A DNA stretch of 64,000 nt from Candidatus Latescibacterota bacterium (GCA_965198115.1 OZ240241.1:5120001-5184000); one strand, 5' to 3'. Counted from the stretch's first letter, positions 50,629 to 60,910 are shown. A program made the numbers and translations. The notes: generated by a model from the letters alone, not told the origin.

Positions 50629-51756
50629 TCACCCTCGCTTCTTCCGCCACGCCTCGATGAGATCCGGATTCAACTCGCAGCCCAAGCCGGGTTTGTCAGG
50701 CACCGGCAGACTCGAATCCTCCATGACCAACTCTTCAGTCACCGCACCCCAATTGTTTCGCGTGGCGCCCGAGGACTCCATGTAGAAGGCATTGCTCATG
50801 TTGGCCATGACGTGACAGCGGGCGTAGGTCGTCACTGGACCTGAATCGTGGGGAGCGACGGCCACACCGTGGGTCTTCGCGATCACGCCGATGCGTTTGA
50901 TCTCCGTTATGCCGCCCACCCAGGCCAGGTCGGGATTCACGATCGAAACCAGATTCCGCTCGATGAATGGCAGGATTTGGAAGCGAGACTGGCTGTACTC
51001 TCCACACATCAAAGGGACTCTACAATCTCGAGCGAGCGCCGCCCAGGGCTCGACACTGTCTTCAATCATCGAACATTCGAAGAACATCAGATCGAACGGC
51101 TCCATGGAACGGATGATGCGTGTGGCGCCGTGCACATCCCACGTCGGGTGGTGATCGATACCGACATCGAAGTCGAGCCCGCCCGCCTCCTTGATCCACC
51201 CCATCTTCTCGACTCCACTCGCAACTTCCTTCGGCGTGGCGTGACGCCACAGGAACTGCTGGCTTGGGTCAGCGGTTTCGATCACTGAAAACGGACCGGT
51301 CTTGGCCGCCTTCCAGCCCTGTTCCATCAACGACCGAACCTTCCCCTGAACCTCCTCCTTGGTCGACCCTTCGATCCCGCCCGTGCTGTAGATCGGAACC
51401 CGATCTCGACACGGCCCGCCCAGCAGTTGGACGACGGGCGCGTCGAGCGCCTTACCGCTGATGTCCCAGAGCGCCATGTCGATCGCGCTCATGGCGCGGC
51501 GAGCGGCCCCCGTATTTCCATAGGGCGTCGCGAACATGAACAACCGTTCCCAGATGCGTTCGACGTGGCGCGGATCCTGACCAACGATATGGTTAGGCGT
51601 CCAGTCTTTGATGATTGCGATGATCTCGTTCGGGCGGCGGTTGAGCTCACCCAGCCCGGTCAGGCCTTCGTCCGTATGCACGAGAATCCAGGCATGGTCG
51701 GACGGGAGCTTGGAATCTTCTGTCTGCTGAATAATTTCGACGTCGGTGATCTTCAT
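50629..51756 (-). CDS. Mandelate racemase/enolase-superfamily dehydratase (DgoD-like)
   Basis: TDEGLTGLGE, SAIDMALWDISGK, LLGGPCRDRV, metal ligands D/E/E (GIDH, FFE, CGE) and APH motifs. Confidence 0.92.
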   Translation of the reverse strand: MKITDVEIIQQTEDSKLPSDHAWILVHTDEGLTGLGELNRRPNEIIAIIKDWTPNHIVGQDPRHVERIWERLFMFATPYGNTGAARRAMSAIDMALWDISGKALDAPVVQLLGGPCRDRVPIYSTGGIEGSTKEEVQGKVRSLMEQGWKAAKTGPFSVIETADPSQQFLWRHATPKEVASGVEKMGWIKEAGGLDFDVGIDHHPTWDVHGATRIIRSMEPFDLMFFECSMIEDSVEPWAALARDCRVPLMCGEYSQSRFQILPFIERNLVSIVNPDLAWVGGITEIKRIGVIAKTHGVAVAPHDSGPVTTYARCHVMANMSNAFYMESSGATRNNWGAVTEELVMEDSSLPVPDKPGLGCELNPDLIEAWRKKRG

Positions 51757-51841
51757 TGTGAACTCCCCTGTATCCGATCGGGCACAGCACGACGAGGAAG
51801 CCCGCTGAAGCGGGCTAAGATGGAATCTCCGCGACAAACAT

Positions 51842-51960
51842 TGTCACCCCGGTATGCTTCTGAGCCGGGGCCCATTTTGATCTTCGCGAAAAGCTAAAAT
51901 GGATCCCGGCCCAACACACCGCCGGGAATTCCTAGCTCCCAGGCTCTGCCTGGGAACTCC
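51842..51960. repeat. ~90-bp repeat copy 2 followed by a solo REP hairpin
   Basis: TGTCACCCCGGTATGCTTCTGAGCCGGGG...ACACCGCCGGGA, then CTCCCAGGCTCTGCCTGGGAAC. Confidence 0.75.
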
Positions 51961-52026
51961 TTCACACAGGCCTTTCGCTATGGCACTGCTATGCGACGTG
52001 GCGTAGGCGGCTGCGTTGAGACCCTC

Positions 52027-53478
52027 TTAAAGCGCCTTCGGGTAGAGCCCGTATTCGATCTTGATCTCCACGTCCTCGATCACGACTCCTCCCCCAAGAC
52101 CTTCGGGTCGCTCGTGCAAGCATATGGTCAACAGGTTCGCTCCTTGCTTTGGTCGAGATGCATCAAGCGCGAACTCCAACAATTGTCCGGCATAGGGGTC
52201 TCTCGTTCGAATCGAACTACGACGGCACGACCCTGGCTGCAGAGGGTTGCCGTTCAGCGCGATCTCGAGCTGGTCGCGCGATACGAGATTACTGACGGCG
52301 ACTCTCAGTAGGATACTCCGAATGTGGTCGTTCGTCGGATCATCGGCGATCGAAAAAGGCACCTCGTAAACGCGTCCGGGCTCGGCATTCGGGATTTCCA
52401 GAGGAAGATGTGCAGGATAATCATATTCCTTGGCATCCTCGCATCGTCGTCGGAGAAAGTAATGTTTGTCCGTCCCCCCGATGCGCCCGGGATCACCCAA
52501 TTCGGTCAGCGTGCTGCGCTCGGTGTCGCCCAAAGGCCACGGCAGAAACCATGTGTAAAGCCCATCGACATCGAGCGCCCATAGGTTGGCCGCGGCAGCG
52601 CGCATCATTTCTGGCGACGCATTTTCCGGCCTATTGAAACGACGGCTCTCATTGTGTCGATAGGGCTGCAACATCGCATAGACCGACGCATCTACGTCGT
52701 GTGCGGCCTCGACGAGCCAGCCGATCGGCATGTTTGCATCCAGGATGAAATCCAGGTAGAGCATGGGAACGACAAAATCGACGAGCCCATCCTGCAGCCA
52801 CGTACCCACATCGAGTCCCGTCTTCAGGTTCAGCGCTTCGGTCGGATACACGCGCGCACCGACCTGAGCCGGACTGCCCTGCCCGCCACGAATCCTCTTC
52901 GAGGCCTCACGAACGAAATCGGTCATCAACTCCGTGTTGGCGGCCATATCGTCCGGCTTCAGCCAGAAGGGGCTGCCCCCTGGGGATGCCGCGAAGTCCA
53001 ACTCGACGCCTTCGACCTCATACTTCGTCCCGAGCTCTTCCACGACAGACAGCTGATGGCCACGCACCTCCTGATGGAGGAAGCCGCCGCCACCGTTCGT
53101 GACCGCGTGGTCGGCATCCATTCCCCCGTAGGCGCCCATCCGGAGGCTCGCGATGAAATCCATGCCTTTTTCGTGCGCCCTGTCGATCAGCACGGTCAAC
53201 GGATCGAGCCCACGCTGAATCAGGCTCTGCATGTTGTGCCACGTTCGCCATTCGTGCGACCGCTCCGGGGTCTCCAAATCTTCACAGAATTGTAGACCGA
53301 CCTTGGAAGGGTAGAACAGGCCGTCCGCTCTCGAGACGCCATAGGCGAACGTATCCACCGCTGTATCCGCCACTTCATCCACAGGCACCCACGCATCCTC
53401 CATCCTCATCGGCGGTTCGAAGACGAAGAGGTAGTAGTGACGCGCGTCGTTGAAATAGATCGTTCGTCGTTTTCGCAT
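52027..53478 (-). CDS. Glycoside hydrolase-like TIM-barrel protein (GHL10/DUF187-like)
   Basis: IYFNDA, DPLTVLIDRAHEKGM, ASLRM and EGVELDF motifs. RBS GGAGG-like context not checked. Confidence 0.65.
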   Translation of the reverse strand: MRKRRTIYFNDARHYYLFVFEPPMRMEDAWVPVDEVADTAVDTFAYGVSRADGLFYPSKVGLQFCEDLETPERSHEWRTWHNMQSLIQRGLDPLTVLIDRAHEKGMDFIASLRMGAYGGMDADHAVTNGGGGFLHQEVRGHQLSVVEELGTKYEVEGVELDFAASPGGSPFWLKPDDMAANTELMTDFVREASKRIRGGQGSPAQVGARVYPTEALNLKTGLDVGTWLQDGLVDFVVPMLYLDFILDANMPIGWLVEAAHDVDASVYAMLQPYRHNESRRFNRPENASPEMMRAAAANLWALDVDGLYTWFLPWPLGDTERSTLTELGDPGRIGGTDKHYFLRRRCEDAKEYDYPAHLPLEIPNAEPGRVYEVPFSIADDPTNDHIRSILLRVAVSNLVSRDQLEIALNGNPLQPGSCRRSSIRTRDPYAGQLLEFALDASRPKQGANLLTICLHERPEGLGGGVVIEDVEIKIEYGLYPKAL

Positions 53479-53512
53479 AGGGAGGTCCCTTTAGCTTCCC
53501 GGCACAATCATC

Positions 53513-53745
53513 CTGGTTCCCAGGCTCTGCCTGGGAACACCCCACAGAAGGAAGGCGCCACTCTTGCCCCCGTGCTCAGCACGGGGGCGCTCGGTTGTGA
53601 ATCCAGATTCTCTGTCCCCGTGCAACCACAGTGAAGAGCACGGGAGGCCGGCGTGACGGTGTTAGATTCTCTGTCACCGTGCAGGGCACGGGGACGAGCG
53701 TACGCCGTGGCACTTAAGCATTCCAGGGCGGAGCCCCGGAACGAG
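53513..53745. repeat. Nested REP cassette 2
   Basis: GTTCCCAGGCTCTGCCTGGGAAC ... GCCCCCGTGCTCAGCACGGGGGC ... GCACGGGGACGAG ... TTCCAGGGCGGAGCCCCGGAACGAG. Confidence 0.7.
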
Positions 53746-53801
53746 GTGTTGCAGTGTTTCTCGCTGCGCTCTCTGCGTCCTCTGCGTTGAAAGGGGTTTC
53801 C

Positions 53802-55124
53802 CTATGGCCTCGCCGGGTCGTGCGCCCGTGGCAGGAAAGGATTGTCCGCGGGTTCCTGGCCCCCGTAGAACCAACTGAGCGGCAAAACTTTCAGCTTCTG
53901 GTTGAAGCCACCTTCTTTCCGACTGCTCAGAACCATTTCCGCCCGGTCGGGATGGTGTTCGTAGACCGAATAGGTGTGGGCGATCAACACCCTGTCATCC
54001 ATTACAAAGACGGATGGATATGACCAGCGACCGTGGAAATCGACTTGGCGAACGTGTTCGACCTCGCGCTCGGGCGCCGGAAAGCCCGGATCGAAGTAGA
54101 CCTCGGCTGGGCGCAGCGGCCGAATCGGCCCCGGCTCGACTCGCGTCTCCTCGTGCATGGACTCGACGTTCTGGAAGAATTCCCAGATCCCACCACCGTT
54201 CCGGCTGACGGCCGACGAGATACGCGTTCGGTTGTATCCTCGCTTCACGTCTACTTCGGATTCCTGATTCCAAACGACCAGCAGATGTCCATTGCGCAGA
54301 GTTCTGATCTGTGCCGGCGTCGTCGAGGCTGCCAGTGCCGTGGGTTGTGGTCTCGTCCACGTCTCTCCATTGTCATCCGACCAGGCCTGGAACAGCCGTC
54401 CAAGTCCGGTTCGCATCGTCATCAGGAGTCTGCCGGGAACGACTTCCGTCACGGACGGCTCGTTGGTGTAGCTGTAGCTCGCGTTCCAGTCGTTCAGGAT
54501 GATGAGCTCGCCATCCTTGTTCTGCTCCCACGTGCGGCCCTCGTCATCCGAATAGCACACGTAAGAGCAGGAGAAGTGAGGGTCGAAAAAATGCGCAGCC
54601 GTCCCAACCCACTGGCCGTTCACGAGTTTGCCGGTTGAGGGAGATGCGGCGTCGTTCAGGCTGGATGCTTGACCCATACTCGTGTAAACGGGAAGAATGA
54701 TCCGGCCGGATGTCGTTCGGAGAAGCACATCCTGGTAGGCATAGGTCCGGACCGCCGGAGATGTCACCTCAACAGGTGGCTCCCAGGTCTGACCACCGTC
54801 TTCGGAACGCCAGAACAGAAGGTGCGTGTTCTTCTGGGACGGCACGCGTCCCGTAGGCGATCTCCACATCGCAGCAAGCCCGACACCGCCCTCAGACAGC
54901 CTGACGAGAGACGTCCCACCCCCACCGACGGGATTTCCCTCCGTGTCGCTGCACTCGAAAGGCTCGGACCACGTCAGCCCGCCATCTTTGGACGTGGTAA
55001 AGGTCGTTCCCGCAGCGTGCAAGATCCGGCCGTCGTCCAGTTCAACGAACGTCGAGGAATGGAAGTAGGTCGTCTCGTGAACGGCCAGAGCCTCTTCCGG
55101 CCGCGTCATTGGAACGTTGCTCAT
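53802..55124 (-). CDS. BNR/Asp-box sialidase-like protein
   Basis: Asp-boxes SKDGGLTW, SEDGGQTW, SDDEGRTW and SDDNGETW; WSYPS motif. Confidence 0.88.
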   Translation of the reverse strand: MSNVPMTRPEEALAVHETTYFHSSTFVELDDGRILHAAGTTFTTSKDGGLTWSEPFECSDTEGNPVGGGGTSLVRLSEGGVGLAAMWRSPTGRVPSQKNTHLLFWRSEDGGQTWEPPVEVTSPAVRTYAYQDVLLRTTSGRIILPVYTSMGQASSLNDAASPSTGKLVNGQWVGTAAHFFDPHFSCSYVCYSDDEGRTWEQNKDGELIILNDWNASYSYTNEPSVTEVVPGRLLMTMRTGLGRLFQAWSDDNGETWTRPQPTALAASTTPAQIRTLRNGHLLVVWNQESEVDVKRGYNRTRISSAVSRNGGGIWEFFQNVESMHEETRVEPGPIRPLRPAEVYFDPGFPAPEREVEHVRQVDFHGRWSYPSVFVMDDRVLIAHTYSVYEHHPDRAEMVLSSRKEGGFNQKLKVLPLSWFYGGQEPADNPFLPRAHDPARP

Positions 55125-55265
55125 TGAACACCTTCGCTTTCAGCCTTCAGGAATCCCGTTGCCTTCAGGTCACCGGGGAGGCAAAATACGGGCGTTCCAG
55201 CCGCCGGGCACGACAAATTGGATCACACCACTCCGACAGCCTTAAAAGAGAAACCGAGGAAGACC

Positions 55266-56033
55266 ATGCAGACCAACCGAGTACGTCAGAAGGTACGCGC
55301 CGGACAGCCCACGATAGGCAGCTTTCTCGGATTGGGAAGCCCGAACGTGGCGGAATTGATGGCCCACGCGGGGTTCGACTGGCTCGTCATCGAGACGGAG
55401 CACAACAGCCTGGACTCGGCCGAAATCGAGCACATGCTCATGGCCATCAGCGGGACGAGCACGGTCCCGCTCGTGAGGGTACCCTCTTCGAACCACGTCT
55501 ACATCCAGCGGGCGCTGGACATGGGAGCAATGGGGATCGTCGTGCCGTTCGTGAAAACACCCGAGGAAGCGGAGGCGATTGTAAGCGCGACACGATTCCC
55601 CCCTGAAGGCACGCGAAGTTGGGGGCCGCTCCGAGCATCGAACTACACGTTCGACAATGAAGACTATCTCAGACGGGCGAACGACAACATGCTCGTCGTC
55701 CTCATCCTGGAGGCGAAAGAAGCCGTCGAGAATCTCGAAAGCATTGCGGCCGTTCCCGGCGTCGACGTCCTCAACATCGGCCCGTGGGACCTCTCATTGT
55801 CTCTCGGCCTGGACCCACTAAAGCTGCCTTTGCCTGAAGTCGACGCCATCACCGATCGCGCGATCGAAATCGGGCGAAAGCACGGCACGGTAGTGGGCTC
55901 CGGATGCGGACGACCCGAGGATATCTCCGGCTTAATCGAGAAGGGCATCCGATTCGTCACCTATGGCCCCGACTACGGGCTCCTGACCAATGCGGCACGG
56001 GCCGCGATCGACGCGTTCAGCCAGGCAACGTAA
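55266..56033 (+). CDS. HpcH/HpaI aldolase family protein
   Basis: FDWLVIETEH, LDMGAMG, RFPPEGTR and IGPWDLS motifs. Confidence 0.92.
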   Translation: MQTNRVRQKVRAGQPTIGSFLGLGSPNVAELMAHAGFDWLVIETEHNSLDSAEIEHMLMAISGTSTVPLVRVPSSNHVYIQRALDMGAMGIVVPFVKTPEEAEAIVSATRFPPEGTRSWGPLRASNYTFDNEDYLRRANDNMLVVLILEAKEAVENLESIAAVPGVDVLNIGPWDLSLSLGLDPLKLPLPEVDAITDRAIEIGRKHGTVVGSGCGRPEDISGLIEKGIRFVTYGPDYGLLTNAARAAIDAFSQAT

Positions 56034-56053
56034 GATGCGACCGGTCTGCCGGC

Positions 56054-56258
56054 CCCGGGCTCCCGCCCGGGCCCATTCAAGTTGCGAGACGCTCCGCTCT
56101 CCCCCGTGCTCCGCACGGGGGCACATTAATGTCCAAATGCTACCACAAGATTTCACTTCGGTGATCCTGCTCGATTCGCCAAAGTGTCCCCGTGCGGAGC
56201 ACGGGGACGAGCGAAGGTGGTGGTATTTGGACGTTGCGGGGCAGAGCCCCGCAACGAG
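56054..56258. repeat. Nested REP cassette 3
   Basis: CCCGGGCTCCCGCCCGGG ... CCCCCGTGCTCCGCACGGGGG ... GTCCCCGTGCGGAGCACGGGGACGAG ... CGTTGCGGGGCAGAGCCCCGCAACGAG. Confidence 0.7.
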
Positions 56259-56296
56259 GCCCCTAACTATCTTCGATGGCACGAGAACATTGTTCG

Positions 56297-57319
56297 TCAA
56301 AACCGATTGCCCTCATTCCGATCGAACGGTGTCTCGACACCCATCTCCTCAGCCAGCTTCCGTAGCCGATCTTCGTGGTCAGGCCTGACGGGAATACCAG
56401 CCTCCCGGTTGTCCCTTTCCCACTCCCACTCGACCCCACCTGCCAGATCTGCGCGGTCCTGACCGGCCAGCGGTTTGGTCGATCGTGCCTCACCGATGAA
56501 TCGATCCATCTCCGTCTTGAACTCGGTGACGTCCCCGAAACGCTTCACATCGAATACCGAGATGAAAGCTCCCTGATGAGCAGCAGCATACTCGCCTTCA
56601 CCCGAGTACTCGAACCCCTCGCTCCAGATTCCGGCAAGGATTCCTCCGAGAACCTGGAAGACCGTCCCCAGGCCAAGAGCCTTGAAGAACGTCGTCGGAA
56701 ACATCTTCATCAGATCTTCGTCGTGTCGCAAGAACGACGCTGACATGTCCAGAACGAGAGGCGGTTGCTCGCCCGAAGGAATCGCGATGCTCATGGGCGA
56801 CCCACCCGACGCGCTCATCACGGTCGCCTCCGGGTTCGGACGGTATCTATGTGAGGAAATCGCCAGTCCGATGCAATCGTGGGGCAACGCCATCCTCGAG
56901 TAGTTCCCCGCAGCCCCAAAGTGGAAATGATTCCGCGTTGTGACCGTCGCAGAACCCACATCGAGCGCTTTTTCGATCGCGATCTCCGTCCCACGATGGG
57001 AAGCGAAGTAGCCCAACCCACCATCACCATCGACCACCGCCGTGGCCGGCGACTCGGACACGATTGAAACGTCGGGGTTCGGGTTCGCCTTCCCTTCCCG
57101 GATCTGAGGTACATAGCCGCTGACCTGCTGAGTTCCGTGACTGAACACACATCTGAGATCGTTCGCCGTGAGCGTAACAGCCATGTGGTCGGCGCGATCG
57201 TCCGAAACACCCACGGACTGGAAAAGGGCACAAATGAACGTTTCCATTTCATCGACCGGGATGCGGATTCCGGTGGTCGGGAGAATGTTTCGGCGACCGG
57301 TGTCCGGGCGGGCTTTCAT
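56297..57319 (-). CDS. Ldh_2 (malate/L-lactate/sulfolactate dehydrogenase) family oxidoreductase
   Basis: DLRCVFSHG, VDGDGGLG, NHFHFGAAG and PLVLDMS motifs. Confidence 0.9.
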   Translation of the reverse strand: MKARPDTGRRNILPTTGIRIPVDEMETFICALFQSVGVSDDRADHMAVTLTANDLRCVFSHGTQQVSGYVPQIREGKANPNPDVSIVSESPATAVVDGDGGLGYFASHRGTEIAIEKALDVGSATVTTRNHFHFGAAGNYSRMALPHDCIGLAISSHRYRPNPEATVMSASGGSPMSIAIPSGEQPPLVLDMSASFLRHDEDLMKMFPTTFFKALGLGTVFQVLGGILAGIWSEGFEYSGEGEYAAAHQGAFISVFDVKRFGDVTEFKTEMDRFIGEARSTKPLAGQDRADLAGGVEWEWERDNREAGIPVRPDHEDRLRKLAEEMGVETPFDRNEGNRF

Positions 57320-57340
57320 CGGGATGCCTCCGTGTTAAGT

Positions 57341-57376
57341 GGTGTTCGGTGTTCGGTGTTCGGTGTTCGGTGTTCA
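57341..57376. repeat. Heptamer tandem repeat (GGTGTTC) x5
   Basis: GGTGTTCGGTGTTCGGTGTTCGGTGTTCGGTGTTC between two co-oriented genes. Confidence 0.85.
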
Positions 57377-57411
57377 GAAAAACAGAAGGTCTTCAAGAGT
57401 CGTGAATCAAA

Positions 57412-58152
57412 TCATCCTTCTTTCAAGAAGTCATGGAAAATCTCCGCGTAGCCTTCGGTGTAGTCCATCTCCAGGTAATAGGCCCCGAGGTATTCACGCG
57501 GAACGAAGTCAGAGAGATCGTAAGTCGGCGTCGGGTTGAACTGCACCACACCGTCTCCGGCGCGGCATTCGTGCACGATTACATCGGTCGTCACATTCGA
57601 TGCATCCACGATCTGCATCACATCCGCCCCTTTCCCGTCCGCACGGGGAATCACTTTCAACCTCAAAGACGGCTGAAGCTTCAGCATCTCCTCGGCTGAT
57701 GCTTCCCGATGCATCGTCGATCGCACGCTCATCATGGAGGTTCCTGCCAGGTACGTGTCCGTCACCATCACTCGCTCTTCCATCCTGACATCCATCTCCG
57801 CAAACACCTTGGGCGTGCCGTAAATCTCACGTCCCGCCGGTATGCTCGACCGGGAGTTCAGAAATACGGCCGGCGCAAAGAAGACCTCATTACCCTCATA
57901 CTGACACTTCACCACCAGAACGCTCTCGTCGAACGCCCCGTAGTTTGCCGACCACGGGACGGTCAACCCGATCGCCGCACAGAAGCCATCCTCCGACGGC
58001 TCGAAGCACGCCGGCAGAACGCGATCGACTGCCGACACGTCCGCCCGAAAGTAGACGTACTGAAAGCGTGCATGCCTATACCGTGCCGGCGGCATCGGAT
58101 AGTACGGAGAGAACGCTGGCATGTTCACGATCTGATCAAGGGGAATTGACAT
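57412..58152 (-). CDS. Acetoacetate decarboxylase (ADC) family protein
   Basis: MPAFSPYYP, AGREIYGTPK (Schiff-base Lys) and LKVIPRADG motifs. Confidence 0.88.
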   Translation of the reverse strand: MSIPLDQIVNMPAFSPYYPMPPARYRHARFQYVYFRADVSAVDRVLPACFEPSEDGFCAAIGLTVPWSANYGAFDESVLVVKCQYEGNEVFFAPAVFLNSRSSIPAGREIYGTPKVFAEMDVRMEERVMVTDTYLAGTSMMSVRSTMHREASAEEMLKLQPSLRLKVIPRADGKGADVMQIVDASNVTTDVIVHECRAGDGVVQFNPTPTYDLSDFVPREYLGAYYLEMDYTEGYAEIFHDFLKEG

Positions 58153-58243
58153 CGGGATTCCTTGGAAAGTGGTTTGTCTTATCGCAACAGTGGGCCGTGG
58201 AGTTACTACGTGTGAGACGAAAGCCCTTGCGTGTGAAGAGTAA

Positions 58244-58335
58244 TGTCACCCCGGTACGCTTCCTGGCCGGGCTCCATCTGCCCCTTTCGCAAAGAAGAAA
58301 AATGGATCCCGGCTCAAAAGCACACCGGGATGACA
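58244..58335. repeat. ~90-bp repeat copy 3
   Basis: TGTCACCCCGG...AAAATGGATCCCGGC...CCGGGATGACA. Confidence 0.75.
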
Positions 58336-58459
58336 TTGGTTTTCGTGCTGACTCAAGACCTTTGGCTACGCACCTGGACCAAGGGGTCAGGTCTGCGTCA
58401 GACACCACTAACCCTCACTGTCCTCAGTGATCTCAGTGGCGCTTTTCTCTCTGTCACCC

Positions 58460-60414
58460 CTACCAATCGGAAATCGGGACGTTGTGACCTTCTCCGTAAA
58501 ACCAGATCCAATCCACGACCCACCCGATGCTGGCGCCCATAAAATGCCCCAGCACGATGCCGATGAAGAAGGGCCGAGCGGCCCGATAGCCCTGAATCCC
58601 GCCCATCCGAACGATGAGAGCCTTCATCAACCAGACAGCAAAGTAGGGAAGGATCATATCCCGGGTCGGGTAGACCTGACCGGCCGCGAACCCGACCGGG
58701 TGAAACGGAAAGGCGGGAAAACGGTATCGAATGAACATCAGTAGCCCCGTCGCCGTCGCCCCGATGCCCATGAAGAGAATGGGCTTCCATCGAGGCCCGA
58801 CGGGATTCTTGGATTTCTCGACCAGATCGTTCCACGTGTCGCCGCCCGTGAAAAAGCCGCCCAGATTCGCCGCTCCACCTTCGTATCCCAGGTAAATGAT
58901 GAAGGCAAAGGTTGAAAGAATGCCCGTCACCATTGCGATCAGCAGCGGCCAAATCAGCTTCCGGCGATTGGTGTGCAATGTTTCAAAAAGGCGAGTTCCG
59001 TGGGTCAAAGCGGGCATGATGGTCGTTTTCATGTCACTGCACCAAACGTAGGAGAGCGCGACCGAGACCATCGTCGGCTGCGTGAGCCCTGCTGTACCCG
59101 TCAGGACCATCGCGAACGATTGTGGCATCAGCGCGGCCCGCAAGGAAACCGTGCCCGCTTCCGCTACGATGCGCGTGATCCCCAGATACAGCATCAGGAC
59201 ACCGAACATGAACAGGGGGAGGAATTTCGACTCCATGCCATTCGCATAATGCCAGGCCGCCAGGTAAAGACCCGACGCGATGAAACCGAAAACAACCACT
59301 CGATAGGACAGAATCTCATCCGAATCGTCCACTCGACTGTCGTTTCTGAAGGCTTTTCGAAACACGGCTTTCAAGTGTTCCCTTCCCATCCAGAACCCGA
59401 CCATGAGAAACGTGATGATCCCACCCATGGCCTGAGCTCCGATCGCCAGAGGCGCCGTATTGTGGAACGCGGAGAATTCTGTCTTGAATCCGTATCTGTT
59501 GAGCAGACCGATCTCCAGCGTCGTCATCAGGTTGAAGAACCAAAGACTGAACAGGAGATCCGCCTTGATGAAGTATCCGAACCCGAAGACGACGGGATAG
59601 AGCTTCGTCTGGAGTAGCGGGAACTGGGGCCCGAATTGAATGTCAGGCAATCGCCAAGGGATGGCAGGGAACGTGGGAGTGAAATACGAGATGATGTTCC
59701 AGAGGATGATGAACATCGGGATGGAGAACCCGAGCCAGAAGACCGGTCGGTTCATCACCGGTACTCGAAAGAACCCCGTCTCCTCCGGCGCCTCCACAAT
59801 GGCCAGGGGCAGCTCCATCAACGGATAGGCGATCCGTTCGTTCACCACCCACTGCTTGCGCAGGATCACCGTCAGACAGAGGCTGAATCCGTAGAGCGCG
59901 GCGATGACCGTGCACCACCAGAACACGGGGACGATCCAGAAGTCCCACGGAATCGACGCGCCCAAAGGCATGCCTTCGTAGAACCAGCGGAGCGCTTGTC
60001 CTTCGGGTAGAACCAGGTAGGATGGGAGATAAGGATCGAAGTGGGCGGCCCACTGGTTTTCCGACGATGCCAGATAATGAGGCACGGCAAAGTTGCCGAT
60101 GAGCTTCCCGAGAAAGTAGGTAGGCATCGTGGACCCGATCAGCGGTCCACAGAAGATCACGATCAGCTCGCCACGAGTCAGTTTGATTGGGCGGGCCAGG
60201 AACAGGACAATCAGTGCCAGCGGGAAGAGGGCCGCCATTGACAGGTGGTTCTGGTCCAACCGGGTTGTGTGCAGAACCAGCCGGCCATAGAACCCGCCGA
60301 CGGTTGCCAGGACTGCGAGCACCGTACCGATCGACACCGACCGGAACGTAACAGCTGGGTCGAGAGCTCGGTCGTTGGCTCCGGATACCGGGCCGCTGTC
60401 TGGTCACCATTCAT
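58460..60414 (-). CDS. DUF6785/DUF6784 polytopic membrane protein; probable frameshift near 60363
   Basis: YLASSEN, RKQWVVNERIAYPL and FPFHPVG motifs. ATG 60414 (MNGDQTAARYPEP) is out of frame with LDPAVTFRSVSIG by an extra TC. Confidence 0.8.
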
Positions 60415-60583
60415 AGGATTCAGCCGGATACCAAAGGAGACTTCCGAGTAGCGAGTGATGAGTGTTGATCTGCGTTTGGAATCCGCTATTCGGAACTCTC
60501 CACTTCCGTCACGGTCTTTTTGACTTATCATGCCGACGCATTCGGATCCCTTCGCTTAAAGCCTCTGAAGGAGTACGCACACG

Positions 60584-60910
60584 ATGGCTTCCCGTTTTCT
60601 TCCCTTCACGCAAACGGACCCTTCCGACACCGCCACGGCACTCGCCGCTCGATTCGCAGAGGACGGATACCTCTTCGTCAAGAGCTTGATCGACAAACCG
60701 AAGATCGATCGGATCAGCGAGCGCATCACTGAGGAACTGAAGGCTCACGGCTTCGTCACTCCAGACAGCACCTCCATCCCGATCTGGACCGGCAAGGCCC
60801 CCGAGTCCGATGACGTTCTTCCTGAAGGACCGATCATCACCGCCATCGCCGAGACTGGCGTGCTGAGCGACCTGTCCCGCTCGCCCGAGCTCATCGTGCT
60901 TCTTAAAAAA
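60584..60910 (+). pseudogene. PhyH family dioxygenase, 5' part, interrupted by the ISL3 tandem array
   Basis: ARFAEDGYLFVKSLID motif; RBS AGGAG; the frame runs into the IS at 60911. Confidence 0.8.

Noticed and set aside
50452-56258. Recurrent palindromic repeats as a CRISPR array
   Set aside because: They are dispersed, diverged and irregularly spaced, with no constant repeat-spacer period and no cas genes.
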